From positions 608,001 through 672,000 of the forward strand of contig CAVWHX010000003.1 in assembly GCA_963754925.1 (NCBI GenBank): DNA of 64,000 nt, in the 5' to 3' direction. This DNA comes from an uncultured delta proteobacterium (GTDB lineage Bacteria; Myxococcota; B64-G9). Positions 29,245 through 38,858 of the stretch are shown piece after piece; positions within the stretch are counted from its first letter, which is position 1, and the number at the start of each line of letters is the position of its first letter. The position numbers and the translations under genes were made by a program. The notes under the pieces are model-generated. The model saw nothing but the letters and a program-made list of their open reading frames with translations. It was not told the origin of the DNA and made no database searches.

Positions 29245-30042
29245 ATGATAACTAGTTCATTAGGATTAAATGAGTCTGTCCTTGTATGGCTCCCGCTCTT
29301 GGGAATCATTGGTTTTTTAATATTGTCACTGGTGGTGTATTCAGTGCGAACGGCCATTCACGGCCGAAATTACTCTCAGCGAGTCAAGCAAGTGGGCGGC
29401 AGCATTCTGTTGAACGAGTACTTCATGGATTATGGTGTCTGGTTGATGCAACCACTTCTTCATGCAGCAAAAAAATTGCGGATACACCCCGACCAAATTT
29501 CAGTGGGGTCGCTGATTCTCCATGTTGCCGCCGCATGCGCGATCGGCCTCGGTGACTTTGGCGTGGGTGGGTTGTTACTGTGTTTTGGGGCAGGGTTTGA
29601 TTCCCTCGATGGGGCGGTGGCACGGGCCACGGGTCTGTCTTCCGATTCCGGGGAAGTGCTGGATGCAGTCGTCGATCGCTGGGCGGAGATGGCTGTTTTC
29701 TTTGGCTACGCTTGGTACTACCGTGATTTTCCATTAGGTTTTTTCTTGGCGGTGACTGCCTGCGCCGGCGCTGTTATGGTGAGCTATTCGCGGGCAAAAG
29801 GTGAATCCTTCAATATTCAGGCTAAGATGGGGCTCATGCAACGCCAAGAGCGCGGGGTCTACTTAGTAGTTGCCACCATCCTGGCCTCTCCTATTGAACA
29901 AATATGGCCCTCACCCGGGCGCCCGCAGTATTTGATCGTGTTAGTGGTTCTCGGTCTGATAGCCTTTTTCGGCAACCTCACCGGCATCCAGCGGACGATC
30001 TTCATTCGACGGGAGTTGCGCAAACGACAAGATCCCCGTTGA
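29245..30042 (+). CDS. CDP-alcohol phosphatidyltransferase (PIP/PI synthase-like)
   Basis: Signature DSLDGAVAR...GEVLDAVVDR; VSYSRAKGE, GLMQRQER; multiple TM helices. Confidence 0.9.
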   Translation: MITSSLGLNESVLVWLPLLGIIGFLILSLVVYSVRTAIHGRNYSQRVKQVGGSILLNEYFMDYGVWLMQPLLHAAKKLRIHPDQISVGSLILHVAAACAIGLGDFGVGGLLLCFGAGFDSLDGAVARATGLSSDSGEVLDAVVDRWAEMAVFFGYAWYYRDFPLGFFLAVTACAGAVMVSYSRAKGESFNIQAKMGLMQRQERGVYLVVATILASPIEQIWPSPGRPQYLIVLVVLGLIAFFGNLTGIQRTIFIRRELRKRQDPR

Positions 30043-30051
30043 GAACAATCA

Positions 30052-31404
30052 ATGGCTAACGTTACCATCAAGACCGCCATTCCTGGCCCGCGATCGCAAC
30101 AAATTGTTGCCGCCGAGCAACGGCACCTCGCTCCCGGGCTGCAGGGTTTCGCCCTGTGGGCGGGTATTGCAATGCATCAAGGCCGGGGCAGCTACCTCAC
30201 CGATGTGGACGGAAACACCTATATCGATCTTATCGGCGGAATTGGGGTGAACTCGCTGGGTCACTGTCATCCCCGCTACGTCGAGGCACTCAAACGCCAG
30301 ATCGAGAAGCTCACGGTGGGAAGTTTCACCTCCGAGCCGCGCGCCGAACTTGTTAACGAAATAACAGCCGTAGCGCCGGCCGGACTCGACAGGTTACAGC
30401 TATACTCGGGCGGCGCCGAGGCAGTCGAATCGGCCCTTCGGCTTGCGCGTTGCTACACCGGGCGATCGGAGGTCGTGGGGTTTTGGGGGGGATTTCACGG
30501 AAAGACAGCGGGCGCCATGGCGGTCACCGGCTCGACCGTACGCCATGGCTTGGGACCGCTGCCGACCGGTGCGACCCTAATTCCCTATGCCGACTGCTAC
30601 CGTTGCCCCATAGGATTGACGTACCCCGCGTGCAGCATGGTCTGCGTTGAATTTATTCGTAAAGCCTTCAAGGTGCAGCCGGCAGGTCCGATAGCTGCTG
30701 TTATTGCCGAGCCGATGCAGGGTACGGCCGGAAACATCATTCCACCTCGAGAATTCCTACCGCTGGTTGCCGAAGCCACCCGTGAGGTCGGAGCGCTGTT
30801 CATTGCGGATGAAATGATCACGGGGATGGGGCGCACGGGCAAGTTCTGGGCGGTCGAACATACCGGCGTCAAACCTGATATCGTCACCATCGGTAAGGGA
30901 TTCGGTTCAGGATTTCCGGTGAGTGGTGTTCTGACACGCACCGAGATCGCTCAGACTCCGCCGTGGTCGAATCCATCCGGCGCTTCTTCGAGTTATGGCG
31001 GAAACCCTTTGGCCGCCGTCGCCGCCCTCACCGCCGTGCGCACTATCCGCGCGGATCGATTGTGGGAGAACGCGGCTCGCATCGGTTCTATCATGCTGGA
31101 AGACCTAAAGAAAATGCAGGAGCGCTATCCGTTCATCGGCGACGTACGCGGGGCGGGCCTGCTGCTCGGCATCGAGCTGGTTAAAGACAGGGCGAGCAAG
31201 GACCCACTCGACCATGCGATCACCAGACAGCTTTATACCGATTGCCTAAAGCGCGGTCTCTTGGCCATGGTGTATACTCCGCATATCCGTTTGCAGCCGG
31301 CGCTCACCATCGACGAGCAGGCGGCGCATGAAGGCCTCGGTATCCTTAATGAAGTCTTCAGTGATATGTACAAAAGTGGCCGATGGCGCGCGCGCCTAAC
31401 GTAG
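30052..31404 (+). CDS. Class III PLP aminotransferase (GabT-like fold)
   Basis: DVDGNTYID, SGGAEAVE, FHGKT, EPMQG, DEMITGMGRTG, TIGKG, VRGAGLL. Confidence 0.92.
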   Translation: MANVTIKTAIPGPRSQQIVAAEQRHLAPGLQGFALWAGIAMHQGRGSYLTDVDGNTYIDLIGGIGVNSLGHCHPRYVEALKRQIEKLTVGSFTSEPRAELVNEITAVAPAGLDRLQLYSGGAEAVESALRLARCYTGRSEVVGFWGGFHGKTAGAMAVTGSTVRHGLGPLPTGATLIPYADCYRCPIGLTYPACSMVCVEFIRKAFKVQPAGPIAAVIAEPMQGTAGNIIPPREFLPLVAEATREVGALFIADEMITGMGRTGKFWAVEHTGVKPDIVTIGKGFGSGFPVSGVLTRTEIAQTPPWSNPSGASSSYGGNPLAAVAALTAVRTIRADRLWENAARIGSIMLEDLKKMQERYPFIGDVRGAGLLLGIELVKDRASKDPLDHAITRQLYTDCLKRGLLAMVYTPHIRLQPALTIDEQAAHEGLGILNEVFSDMYKSGRWRARLT

Positions 31405-31427
31405 CCAGGAAGGAGACAAGTCAACGT

Positions 31428-32642
31428 ATGTGGAAACAATCGCCAACACAACAGCAGGTCCTAAAGAAACAAAGTGTACAACGCAACGGGCGCCGGCGGG
31501 GCGCTCTCATTGGTTACGGATTCATCGGCAGCCTAGGCCACATCCCCGCCTATCTTGAGCGCCAAAAAACCCAAGGAGACGTCACCATCGTGGCAGTGGC
31601 TGATATCTGCAACGAGCGACGAAACCTGGCGGTTAAAAACCTTCCGGGTGTGCGCATCTATGACTCGCACAAAGCCCTCTTGGCCGCTGAGGGAAACCAG
31701 CTTGATTTCGTCGATATCTGCACACCGCCCTGCGACCACGCCGCAATCGCGCTCGCTGCCCTTGAACGCGGTCTGCATGTGTTATGTGAAAAACCGCTCT
31801 CAGTCACTCGAGAGGATGCCGCAGCGCTCGTGAAGCAGGCTATGCGCTGCCGGCGGGTTCTCTATCCATGCAATAACTATAAGTATGCGCCCATTGTAGT
31901 CGCCATCCGGGATATCATTCGTGGTGGTCAGATTGGCAGGATTCGCTCAATAAGCATGGCAACGTTTCGCAACACCCACGCCCGGGGCGTACTGGAATGG
32001 AACACCCACTGGAGACGACAATTGCGCTACAGCGGGGGCGGCATTGCTATGGACCACGGCAGCCACTCATTCTATCTCGCCTTTGACTGGATGGGCGCGT
32101 ATCCAACGTCGGTGACCGCCAGGATGTTTAATCTTGAACCGGAACGCTATGACACTGAGGACAATTTCTTCGCCGTCTTGCGATTCCCCAACGGTATCGT
32201 CAACGCACAGCTCACCTGGACGGCCGGGGTGCGCAAGGTCATCTATGCTATTCAGGGCGACCAGGGAGCCATCACCGTCGACGATGATGACCTTCAGCTC
32301 TCCATCATGCGGCCGGCGGAAGGTCCGGACATCGCTCAAGGGGCCGTGCGCTGGGATGTCGAACGGCAGTCCATCGCTTCTCACTGGATGGACGCGAGTC
32401 ATACCCATTGGTTCAATGCCATGTTCGACAAATTTGTCTCAGCCATGGCCCACGATGAATTTGTGGGTAAGGATGCGCAGGATGCCTACCGCTGCATCGA
32501 TTTGATAACGACGGCTTATCAATCGGCGAAAGCTGGAGGGCGCGAGCTGTCGCTGAATATCGATCCGGCGGAACGGGAACGGGGGCTCAGATTAAATGAA
32601 GCCTTACAGCCTCCCGTCTCGGTGCGAGCGCATTCAATGTAG
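31428..32642 (+). CDS. Gfo/Idh/MocA-family NAD(P) oxidoreductase
   Basis: GYGFIG, CTPP..H, CEKPL, GGGIAMDHGSH, TEDN; start after RBS AAGGAG. Confidence 0.9.
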   Translation: MWKQSPTQQQVLKKQSVQRNGRRRGALIGYGFIGSLGHIPAYLERQKTQGDVTIVAVADICNERRNLAVKNLPGVRIYDSHKALLAAEGNQLDFVDICTPPCDHAAIALAALERGLHVLCEKPLSVTREDAAALVKQAMRCRRVLYPCNNYKYAPIVVAIRDIIRGGQIGRIRSISMATFRNTHARGVLEWNTHWRRQLRYSGGGIAMDHGSHSFYLAFDWMGAYPTSVTARMFNLEPERYDTEDNFFAVLRFPNGIVNAQLTWTAGVRKVIYAIQGDQGAITVDDDDLQLSIMRPAEGPDIAQGAVRWDVERQSIASHWMDASHTHWFNAMFDKFVSAMAHDEFVGKDAQDAYRCIDLITTAYQSAKAGGRELSLNIDPAERERGLRLNEALQPPVSVRAHSM

Positions 32643-32815
32643 TATGGCGATAGACAAGCTTCAGGAAGATGCAGCGACCTCACGGCTACCGGTAAGCACT
32701 GCTGTCCAACCTCAGCGCTTCCTTTTGAAATAATCCTCAACGTGATCGTTCCGAGGCTCCACCGTCGTTGCCGGGGAACAATCGGCACCGTTCATACGAT
32801 AATCCGGAACTCTTG

Positions 32816-33820
32816 TCAGAGAACCAATACCCGATCCCGGAATTCCGCATAACGTCGCCGCAACCATGGCGTCATCACATATACAACAATACCCAGCGCG
32901 AAGCCTGCAAAACAGTCGACAATCCAGTGATGACGGAGGTAGATCGTGGAACACCATAGACTTACGGTAAGCGGCAGAAAAATCCAAAACATGAGCGTGC
33001 TGCCTGCGGCTGCGCGGAATCTCCAGGCATACAGAAGAGCTATCAACGACAGTGCGCAGTGCAGGGAGGGAAATGACGAATGCACCAGGACCGAATCAAG
33101 TTTGTCATACGTCCCCTGTGTCGCTTCAAAAAGACCGAAAATACCGCTAAGATGAGGCGGATCATAAAGATTGGGTATGGTAAAACGGGGTGGACCGGCG
33201 GGGAAGGTGATATAAAGCAGAAATCCAACATACATCACCATGAGCACACCCAACATCAGCTCCCGAAAATCCTCACGCTTCTTGCGAATGTACAATGTGG
33301 TTGCCAGGATCAAGGGAAGAAAGAAATACAGCATATACGAAAAAGCGAAATAGTCGGTAAGCCAACGGTTGGCGAATTGCTGGGCCCAAATGGTCGGCTC
33401 GACGCCGAACAACGACACGTCGGCTGAATACAGATAGGCGTCGATATTATCGGGTCGTATGCGCCCGGTGAGCAGACGCAGGTTCTCGTAGACAAGGATG
33501 AGCAGGATAATCGGAAGCCAGTCGCGAACAATGATAAGCGATTCCCGAATTACTTCCCGACGCGTTTCGCGGTCGCCCGTGGCGAGTCGGCTTCTTTGCG
33601 CAATTATGCGTGAAATCACAATGACGATCAGAACCACGCTAGGCCACACCACGGATCCATCGGTCGCTTTGATCGTGCCGCTATAACTTATAAACAATAC
33701 CAAAAAGATTGAAAAGAATATGATCAGAGCGAGGTAGTCAATACCAAGCGACGCCACAAGACGTTTCCAGAGGCGCGTTTCCGGATAGCCGTTCATAGAG
33801 TTTCCCATCGTGCTAGACAC
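32816..33820 (-). CDS. AUR1/IPC-synthase-like PAP2 membrane phosphotransferase, copy 1
   Basis: FPAGPPRF, FPSLHC, TIYLRHHWIVD match AUR1-type D3/D4 motifs; D..LFG motif; multiple TM helices. Confidence 0.85.
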   Translation of the reverse strand: MSSTMGNSMNGYPETRLWKRLVASLGIDYLALIIFFSIFLVLFISYSGTIKATDGSVVWPSVVLIVIVISRIIAQRSRLATGDRETRREVIRESLIIVRDWLPIILLILVYENLRLLTGRIRPDNIDAYLYSADVSLFGVEPTIWAQQFANRWLTDYFAFSYMLYFFLPLILATTLYIRKKREDFRELMLGVLMVMYVGFLLYITFPAGPPRFTIPNLYDPPHLSGIFGLFEATQGTYDKLDSVLVHSSFPSLHCALSLIALLYAWRFRAAAGSTLMFWIFLPLTVSLWCSTIYLRHHWIVDCFAGFALGIVVYVMTPWLRRRYAEFRDRVLVL

Positions 33821-33942
33821 GTATCACACTCTCTCTTTTGATGGATTTCCGAACAGGGAAAAGCTAATGGCATTCACATTTCCCGTGACGTATCAAAACC
33901 GTATCCACCTCCGAACAAAAGATAAACCTCGAATCCCGGTGA

Positions 33943-33971
33943 ACACTATCTCTGGGCATGCCTACTGTCAA
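33943..33971 (-). promoter_or_regulatory. sigma70-type promoter of AUR1-like copy 1
   Basis: TTGACA-17 nt-TAGTGT; conserved upstream of copy 2. Confidence 0.6.
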
Positions 33972-34218
33972 TGATCATTCATCATGATCATTCATCAGTT
34001 TCCCAGCGACCATTCGGTTTACTGAATTTTTGATTTTAAATGTACGACAAACCGTCACCACTTTAGTTGAGGCGTTATTGGAAAAGGCTGAAATAGTTTG
34101 ACGAGGTGGCTATACTAAACTAAAAGATTTATTCAACAACAAGAGGTTAAGCGATGGAAACCAATTTAACAAGATGCAATGAGTCAACTGCACACAAACC
34201 ACACATTCGACGGGAGCT

Positions 34219-34664
34219 GTGCACGTGATGATCCCGCCGCTTAGCTCCATTAAAAATTGGGGGACGGAGGCCGCCCGTTTCTGCAAGGCCCAGTTTTCAA
34301 CGAGCTTCGCTACCGGTTTGGACTGGGTGTTGATGACCTTGCTTCTGATGGTGAATGTGAACTATCTTATTGCGTCTGCCCTCGGCGCGGCCCTCGGCGC
34401 GGTGACCGATTTTTCCTTGAAAAAATGGTGGGCGTTCAATGCCCGGGGGGGCATGTTGCACAAGCAAGGGATCCGGTATGCGGTCGTCTCGGCGCTTTCA
34501 GCAGGGTTAATTGCTTAGTGGCCTTCATTCTCGTCGAAGGGTTGCAGATGTCGAAATGGCCCGCGGTTATCCTCGCGTCAGTTATTATCGGACTTGGCTG
34601 GAACTATCCCATGCATCGCCTCTATGTGTTTGCAGGATTCGTAGGAAACCCAAAGGAGAGGTAG
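34219..34664 (+). CDS. GtrA-family small membrane protein, frameshift near 34511 (probable indel)
   Basis: RFCKAQFSTSFATGLDW, DFSLKKWWAF, RYAVVS then NCLVAFILVE...WNYPMHRLYVF in another frame; 4-TM GtrA pattern. Confidence 0.75.
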
Positions 34665-34688
34665 CGGCGCGGCGCCTCTTTCGAGACG

Positions 34689-35684
34689 TCATTCTTGGGG
34701 TAAAATCCGACTGCGAAATTCCTCATAACGCCGCCGCAACCAGGGTGTCACCGAAAACATGACGATACTCAGCGCGAATCCCGCAAAACAGTCAACAATC
34801 CAATGATGACGCAGGTAGATCGTGGCAACCCAGAGACTTACGACGAGCGGAAGAAAAACCCAGAACATCACCGAGCCGCCCACGGCCTTGCGAAATCGCC
34901 ACGCATATAACAGTGCTGCAAATGATAGCGCGCAGTGCAGCGAGGGAAACGATGAATGCACTAATACTGGGTTAAGGCTGTCGTATGCTCCCTGCGTTGT
35001 CTCGAAAAGGCCGAAAATGCCGTGTAATCGAGGCGGATCGTAGAGATGGGCGATGGTAAAACGGGGTGGGCCGGCGGGGAACGTTATGTAGAGCAGAAAT
35101 CCGACATACATCAGGAGGATCACACCCAACATCAGCTCGCGAAAATCCTCACGCTTCTTGCGAACATACAATGTTGTGGCTAGGATCAGGGGAAAAAAGA
35201 AATAAAGCGCATACGTAAAAGCAAAATAATCGGTAAGCCATGGATTGACAAATTGTTGGGCCCAGATCGTCGGCTCGACGCCGAACAACGACACGTCGGC
35301 TGAATAGAGATAGGCGTCGATGTTATCGGGCCGGATGCGTCCGGTGAGCAGGCGTAAGTTCTCATACACCAAAACGAGCAAGATAATCGGCAGCCAGTCT
35401 CGAATAATGGTAAGCGACTCGCGAATTACTTCCTGACGAGCTTGGTGATTCTCGGTTTGAAGTCTTCGCCTTTGAACAATGATACGTGAAAGCACAATGA
35501 CGATGAGTACCACCGTGGGCCACAGCACCGAACCGTCGGTCACGGTGATCCTGCTGCCATAACTTGCAAACAACGCCAGGAAGATCAGAAGGAAAATGAT
35601 AAGAGCGATGTAGTCAATCCCAAGAGACGCCACGAGGCGTTTCCACAGGTGCACCTTTGGATGGCTGCGCAGGGAATTGTCCAT
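34689..35684 (-). CDS. AUR1/IPC-synthase-like PAP2 membrane phosphotransferase, copy 2
   Basis: Same motifs (FPSLHC, YLRHHWIVD); close paralogue of 32816-33820. Confidence 0.85.
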   Translation of the reverse strand: MDNSLRSHPKVHLWKRLVASLGIDYIALIIFLLIFLALFASYGSRITVTDGSVLWPTVVLIVIVLSRIIVQRRRLQTENHQARQEVIRESLTIIRDWLPIILLVLVYENLRLLTGRIRPDNIDAYLYSADVSLFGVEPTIWAQQFVNPWLTDYFAFTYALYFFFPLILATTLYVRKKREDFRELMLGVILLMYVGFLLYITFPAGPPRFTIAHLYDPPRLHGIFGLFETTQGAYDSLNPVLVHSSFPSLHCALSFAALLYAWRFRKAVGGSVMFWVFLPLVVSLWVATIYLRHHWIVDCFAGFALSIVMFSVTPWLRRRYEEFRSRILPQE

Positions 35685-35813
35685 CGTGCCTGTAACCTAT
35701 AAAAAAGTTTTTTTTCGGCTATATGAAGGAAGGAGAGCTCGGGGCATTGATCTTTCCTCTGAGTTATCTGTACGGTATGAAGCTAAGAACCAAATAAAAA
35801 CTCGAATTGGTGA

Positions 35814-35842
35814 ACACTACCCCCGGGCATCTCAGGTGTCAA
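35814..35842 (-). promoter_or_regulatory. sigma70-type promoter of AUR1-like copy 2
   Basis: TTGACA-17 nt-TAGTGT, homologous to 33943-33971. Confidence 0.6.
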
Positions 35843-35931
35843 CGATCATCATGTGGTTACTTAACCATCGACCTACCGGCTGCTTGTCGAGAAGAGGAAG
35901 GAAACATCAACGCGGCGACGAACCAAAATCA

Positions 35932-37203
35932 TTAGAATTTATAAGCGAGGCCCAGTTCCAACGAATACTGGGTCATGCCGGTTTTATAGGAGGCGATCGC
36001 TTGCCCTTGGGGCGGGAAATTTGGGTTGCTGCCGATAATGGCTGCCCTGGGTGAATACATGCCGCCGACATTGATTTCAAACTTTTCCCCTAACTTCACG
36101 CCCACGCCCAGGGTAATATGGTGCTCGGCCACCGCGGGAAAAGCAATGTTTTCAAAGGCGCGGCTTCTGTCCAGAGGCATCTTGCCCCAGTTGTATCCGG
36201 CGCGTACGGCGAGCCAAGGAATAATCCAATATTCGGCCCCAATTTTAAGAACGAATTGATTGCTCCAGTTCATGTTCCACGGCTGGGTGTACGGCTGGCT
36301 TTGTTCGTATTTAGGCAGGTATTTCCCGTTGGTTTCAGACCAGAGTATCAGCTCAAAATCCATGCCCACGGTTAGCCCTTCGATCGGCTTGGCTGAAACG
36401 CCGATGGTAGCGACCGAGGGCTGATTGAATTTAATTTTATCGACGCCGGAATTAAAAGGCGTCGACGGTCCGCCCATGAGATTCGGCACGGTGGTGCTGT
36501 TGACATTGAATCGAAAATCCTGGAAGAAACTCATTATCTCAAAAGCAGCTCCGATGGAAATCATGTCGAAAAGAGTATATTTAGCCCCAACGGTGCCGCC
36601 AATACCGAATGAACTAGCGCCCATATGGGCTACCTGGCCGAAACCAGAAGCCGCAGCAAACTCCATCGTGGCATACATCACATTCAATGTAGCCCCGACC
36701 GACAACCCTTTCATTATTCGATATGAAATACCGGGGGCGAACCTCATTTGAGAATATGAGGTATAGGTTGTTCCGTTATACAAATTCGCTGGATAATCAA
36801 CCCCCATTCCCGAAATACCATACGCTCCAAGACCAAATTTAACGTCATCATTGATATCCAATATCAAGCCAAATGCAGGCACCGGTGACGCACCTTTATC
36901 AGAGTGAAATTTCTTACCGTCATTCTTTATGATCATACCCGGCATTTCTCCCGTCGCATCATAATCAACGGACGGAGAAAAGTACGTTGCGCCAAAGTCA
37001 AATCTCTGATCCAGATCGCTCATCCCCGCGGGATTGGTGAGCACCGTTGCCGCATCCAAGGTTGTCCCAACACCGATTCCCCCCATGGAGCGCTGTACGG
37101 GGCCGAATCCTATCAGTCGCATACCGTTTGTGGCATACGCGGGCGGCATGAAGAAAGCCATTGAGAGGATTGGGATCAAGACATACCCTTTTCTGATTTT
37201 CAT
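35932..37203 (-). CDS. OmpP1/FadL/TodX-family outer-membrane transporter
   Basis: Signal peptide AYA-TNG, SMGG, NPAGM, GMGVDY, RAGYN, C-terminal YKF; start after RBS AAGGAGG. Confidence 0.88.
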   Translation of the reverse strand: MKIRKGYVLIPILSMAFFMPPAYATNGMRLIGFGPVQRSMGGIGVGTTLDAATVLTNPAGMSDLDQRFDFGATYFSPSVDYDATGEMPGMIIKNDGKKFHSDKGASPVPAFGLILDINDDVKFGLGAYGISGMGVDYPANLYNGTTYTSYSQMRFAPGISYRIMKGLSVGATLNVMYATMEFAAASGFGQVAHMGASSFGIGGTVGAKYTLFDMISIGAAFEIMSFFQDFRFNVNSTTVPNLMGGPSTPFNSGVDKIKFNQPSVATIGVSAKPIEGLTVGMDFELILWSETNGKYLPKYEQSQPYTQPWNMNWSNQFVLKIGAEYWIIPWLAVRAGYNWGKMPLDRSRAFENIAFPAVAEHHITLGVGVKLGEKFEINVGGMYSPRAAIIGSNPNFPPQGQAIASYKTGMTQYSLELGLAYKF

Positions 37204-37387
37204 ATTTTCCTCCTTAAAAATAATGAAATGAGAAAACGCTTCAGCCTTTTTGGGAGCTGTGACGGCTATGTAAATATAGTTCTTTTTATTTGTCAATGAC
37301 AAAATTTGCTATTGTCAACCATAAAGGTGAACAATTAATCGAAGACCTACAGCGAGGTTTCAACGGCCAATCAATTGTATTTATTGC

Positions 37388-38638
37388 TTAAAAGTTAGAG
37401 AGAAATTTTTTATAGTGAGCTGAGCTTCTTCTGGCCCGGATCTGGTCGGAAATCAGATTCCAAATCAGGGAGAAGGGCACGTGGGGATTTTTCCCCTTTC
37501 CCATTCGAGCAAGCTGAAGTCGAATGGCGCTCATTCTGGCAACGGAATTCAATGCTGGATCTGAAAGAGTGGGTATGTGCACATTCGCCTGTTCAATTTC
37601 GCCGAATAGGAGTTTGGTTGCGCATTCCGGATCCAGCGCAAAAGGAGCGGCGAGTCCCACGATATCCACGGCTCCCGAACGGAGCGCCTCTTCCATAATA
37701 GAACGTGAACGAAACCCTCCCGTCACCATCAAGGGCATCGCGGCTATTTTTTTGGCTTTCGCGGCAAAGTCCAAAAAGTAAGCCTCCCTTTTTCTGGTTC
37801 CCTGACTTGCACCTCCCAGCATCGCCGGAGACTCATAGTTGCCTCCCGATATCTCAAGCAAATCAATCCCGGTCGGATTCAGCATACTGATTACCCTCAT
37901 AGCATCTTCTTCCCCGAACCCGCCCCTCTGGAAGTCCGCGGAGTTCAATTTTACACCGACGCAAAATTCTCTTTTTACGGAAGACCGTATTCGAGTAACG
38001 ATCTCGAGCAGCAATCTGCTGCGATTCTCAAGAGAACCGCCCCACTCGTCTTCCCTTCGATTGGCGAGCGGCGAGAGGAACTGACTCAAGAGATAGCCGT
38101 GCGCAGAATGTACTTGCACCCCGTGGAAGCCTGCGCGCTCCGCGAGCAGGGCTGCGGCCACGAAGCGATCGATAAGTTTGCGGATCTCGTCGCTGGTGAG
38201 GGCGCGCGGGGTGCCGAATTGCTTGGCGGCCAATCTTCCCGGGATTTTGACCGCCACGGAAGACGGGGCGACAGGCGTCTTAGAAAGATATGCGTACATT
38301 TGTCTGCCCGGATGATTGATCTGCATCCAGAGCTTCGATCCGCCGGATTGAGCCGCCTCGGCCCAACGCTGAAATCGATCCCGGTGCCCGGTATCGCGCG
38401 CAATGACATTTCCGGGTCCGGTCACGCCGCCCGGGTCCACCATAACATTGCCGGTAAGAAGCAGCCCGGCTCCCCCTTTTGCCCAGCGTCCATACAGATT
38501 GAAGAGTGCATTCCCGGGTAAAAAATCCCGATCCGCTATTCCCTCCTCCATGGAGGCTTTCGCGATGCGGTTTTGGAGGCTGGCCCCATTAGGGAGGACG
38601 AGCGGTTGCGCGAGAGGCGATGCTGAGTTCCGTGGCAT
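37388..38638 (-). CDS. NADH:flavin oxidoreductase, old yellow enzyme family
   Basis: NRIAKASMEE, QINHPGRQ, HSAHGYLLSQFLSP, WGGSLENR, KLNSADFQRGG, EISGGNYE. Confidence 0.92.
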   Translation of the reverse strand: MPRNSASPLAQPLVLPNGASLQNRIAKASMEEGIADRDFLPGNALFNLYGRWAKGGAGLLLTGNVMVDPGGVTGPGNVIARDTGHRDRFQRWAEAAQSGGSKLWMQINHPGRQMYAYLSKTPVAPSSVAVKIPGRLAAKQFGTPRALTSDEIRKLIDRFVAAALLAERAGFHGVQVHSAHGYLLSQFLSPLANRREDEWGGSLENRSRLLLEIVTRIRSSVKREFCVGVKLNSADFQRGGFGEEDAMRVISMLNPTGIDLLEISGGNYESPAMLGGASQGTRKREAYFLDFAAKAKKIAAMPLMVTGGFRSRSIMEEALRSGAVDIVGLAAPFALDPECATKLLFGEIEQANVHIPTLSDPALNSVARMSAIRLQLARMGKGKNPHVPFSLIWNLISDQIRARRSSAHYKKFLSNF

Positions 38639-38858
38639 AGGAAAAACCTCCGCCGGGCAATTTGTTTCCTATCTTCTAATAGTTATTTTTGTTTTTAAGT
38701 CAAACAGGAATTCCGCCACCCGGATTTGGAACTTTGAGCTTAAATTGTTAGTTCAATCCGCGGTATGCGGCTTAGATAGATTCACTAGGCTTAGGTTCTT
38801 TCTTTCAGACCTACGTCACAGGGGGCGGAGCAAACGTGGCAAGACCTTCTGGCTTTGG

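Noticed and set aside
33971..33996. Perfect 13-bp tandem duplication ATGATCATTCATC x2
   Set aside because: Only two units and absent from the paralogous promoter; most likely a slippage duplication, not an array.
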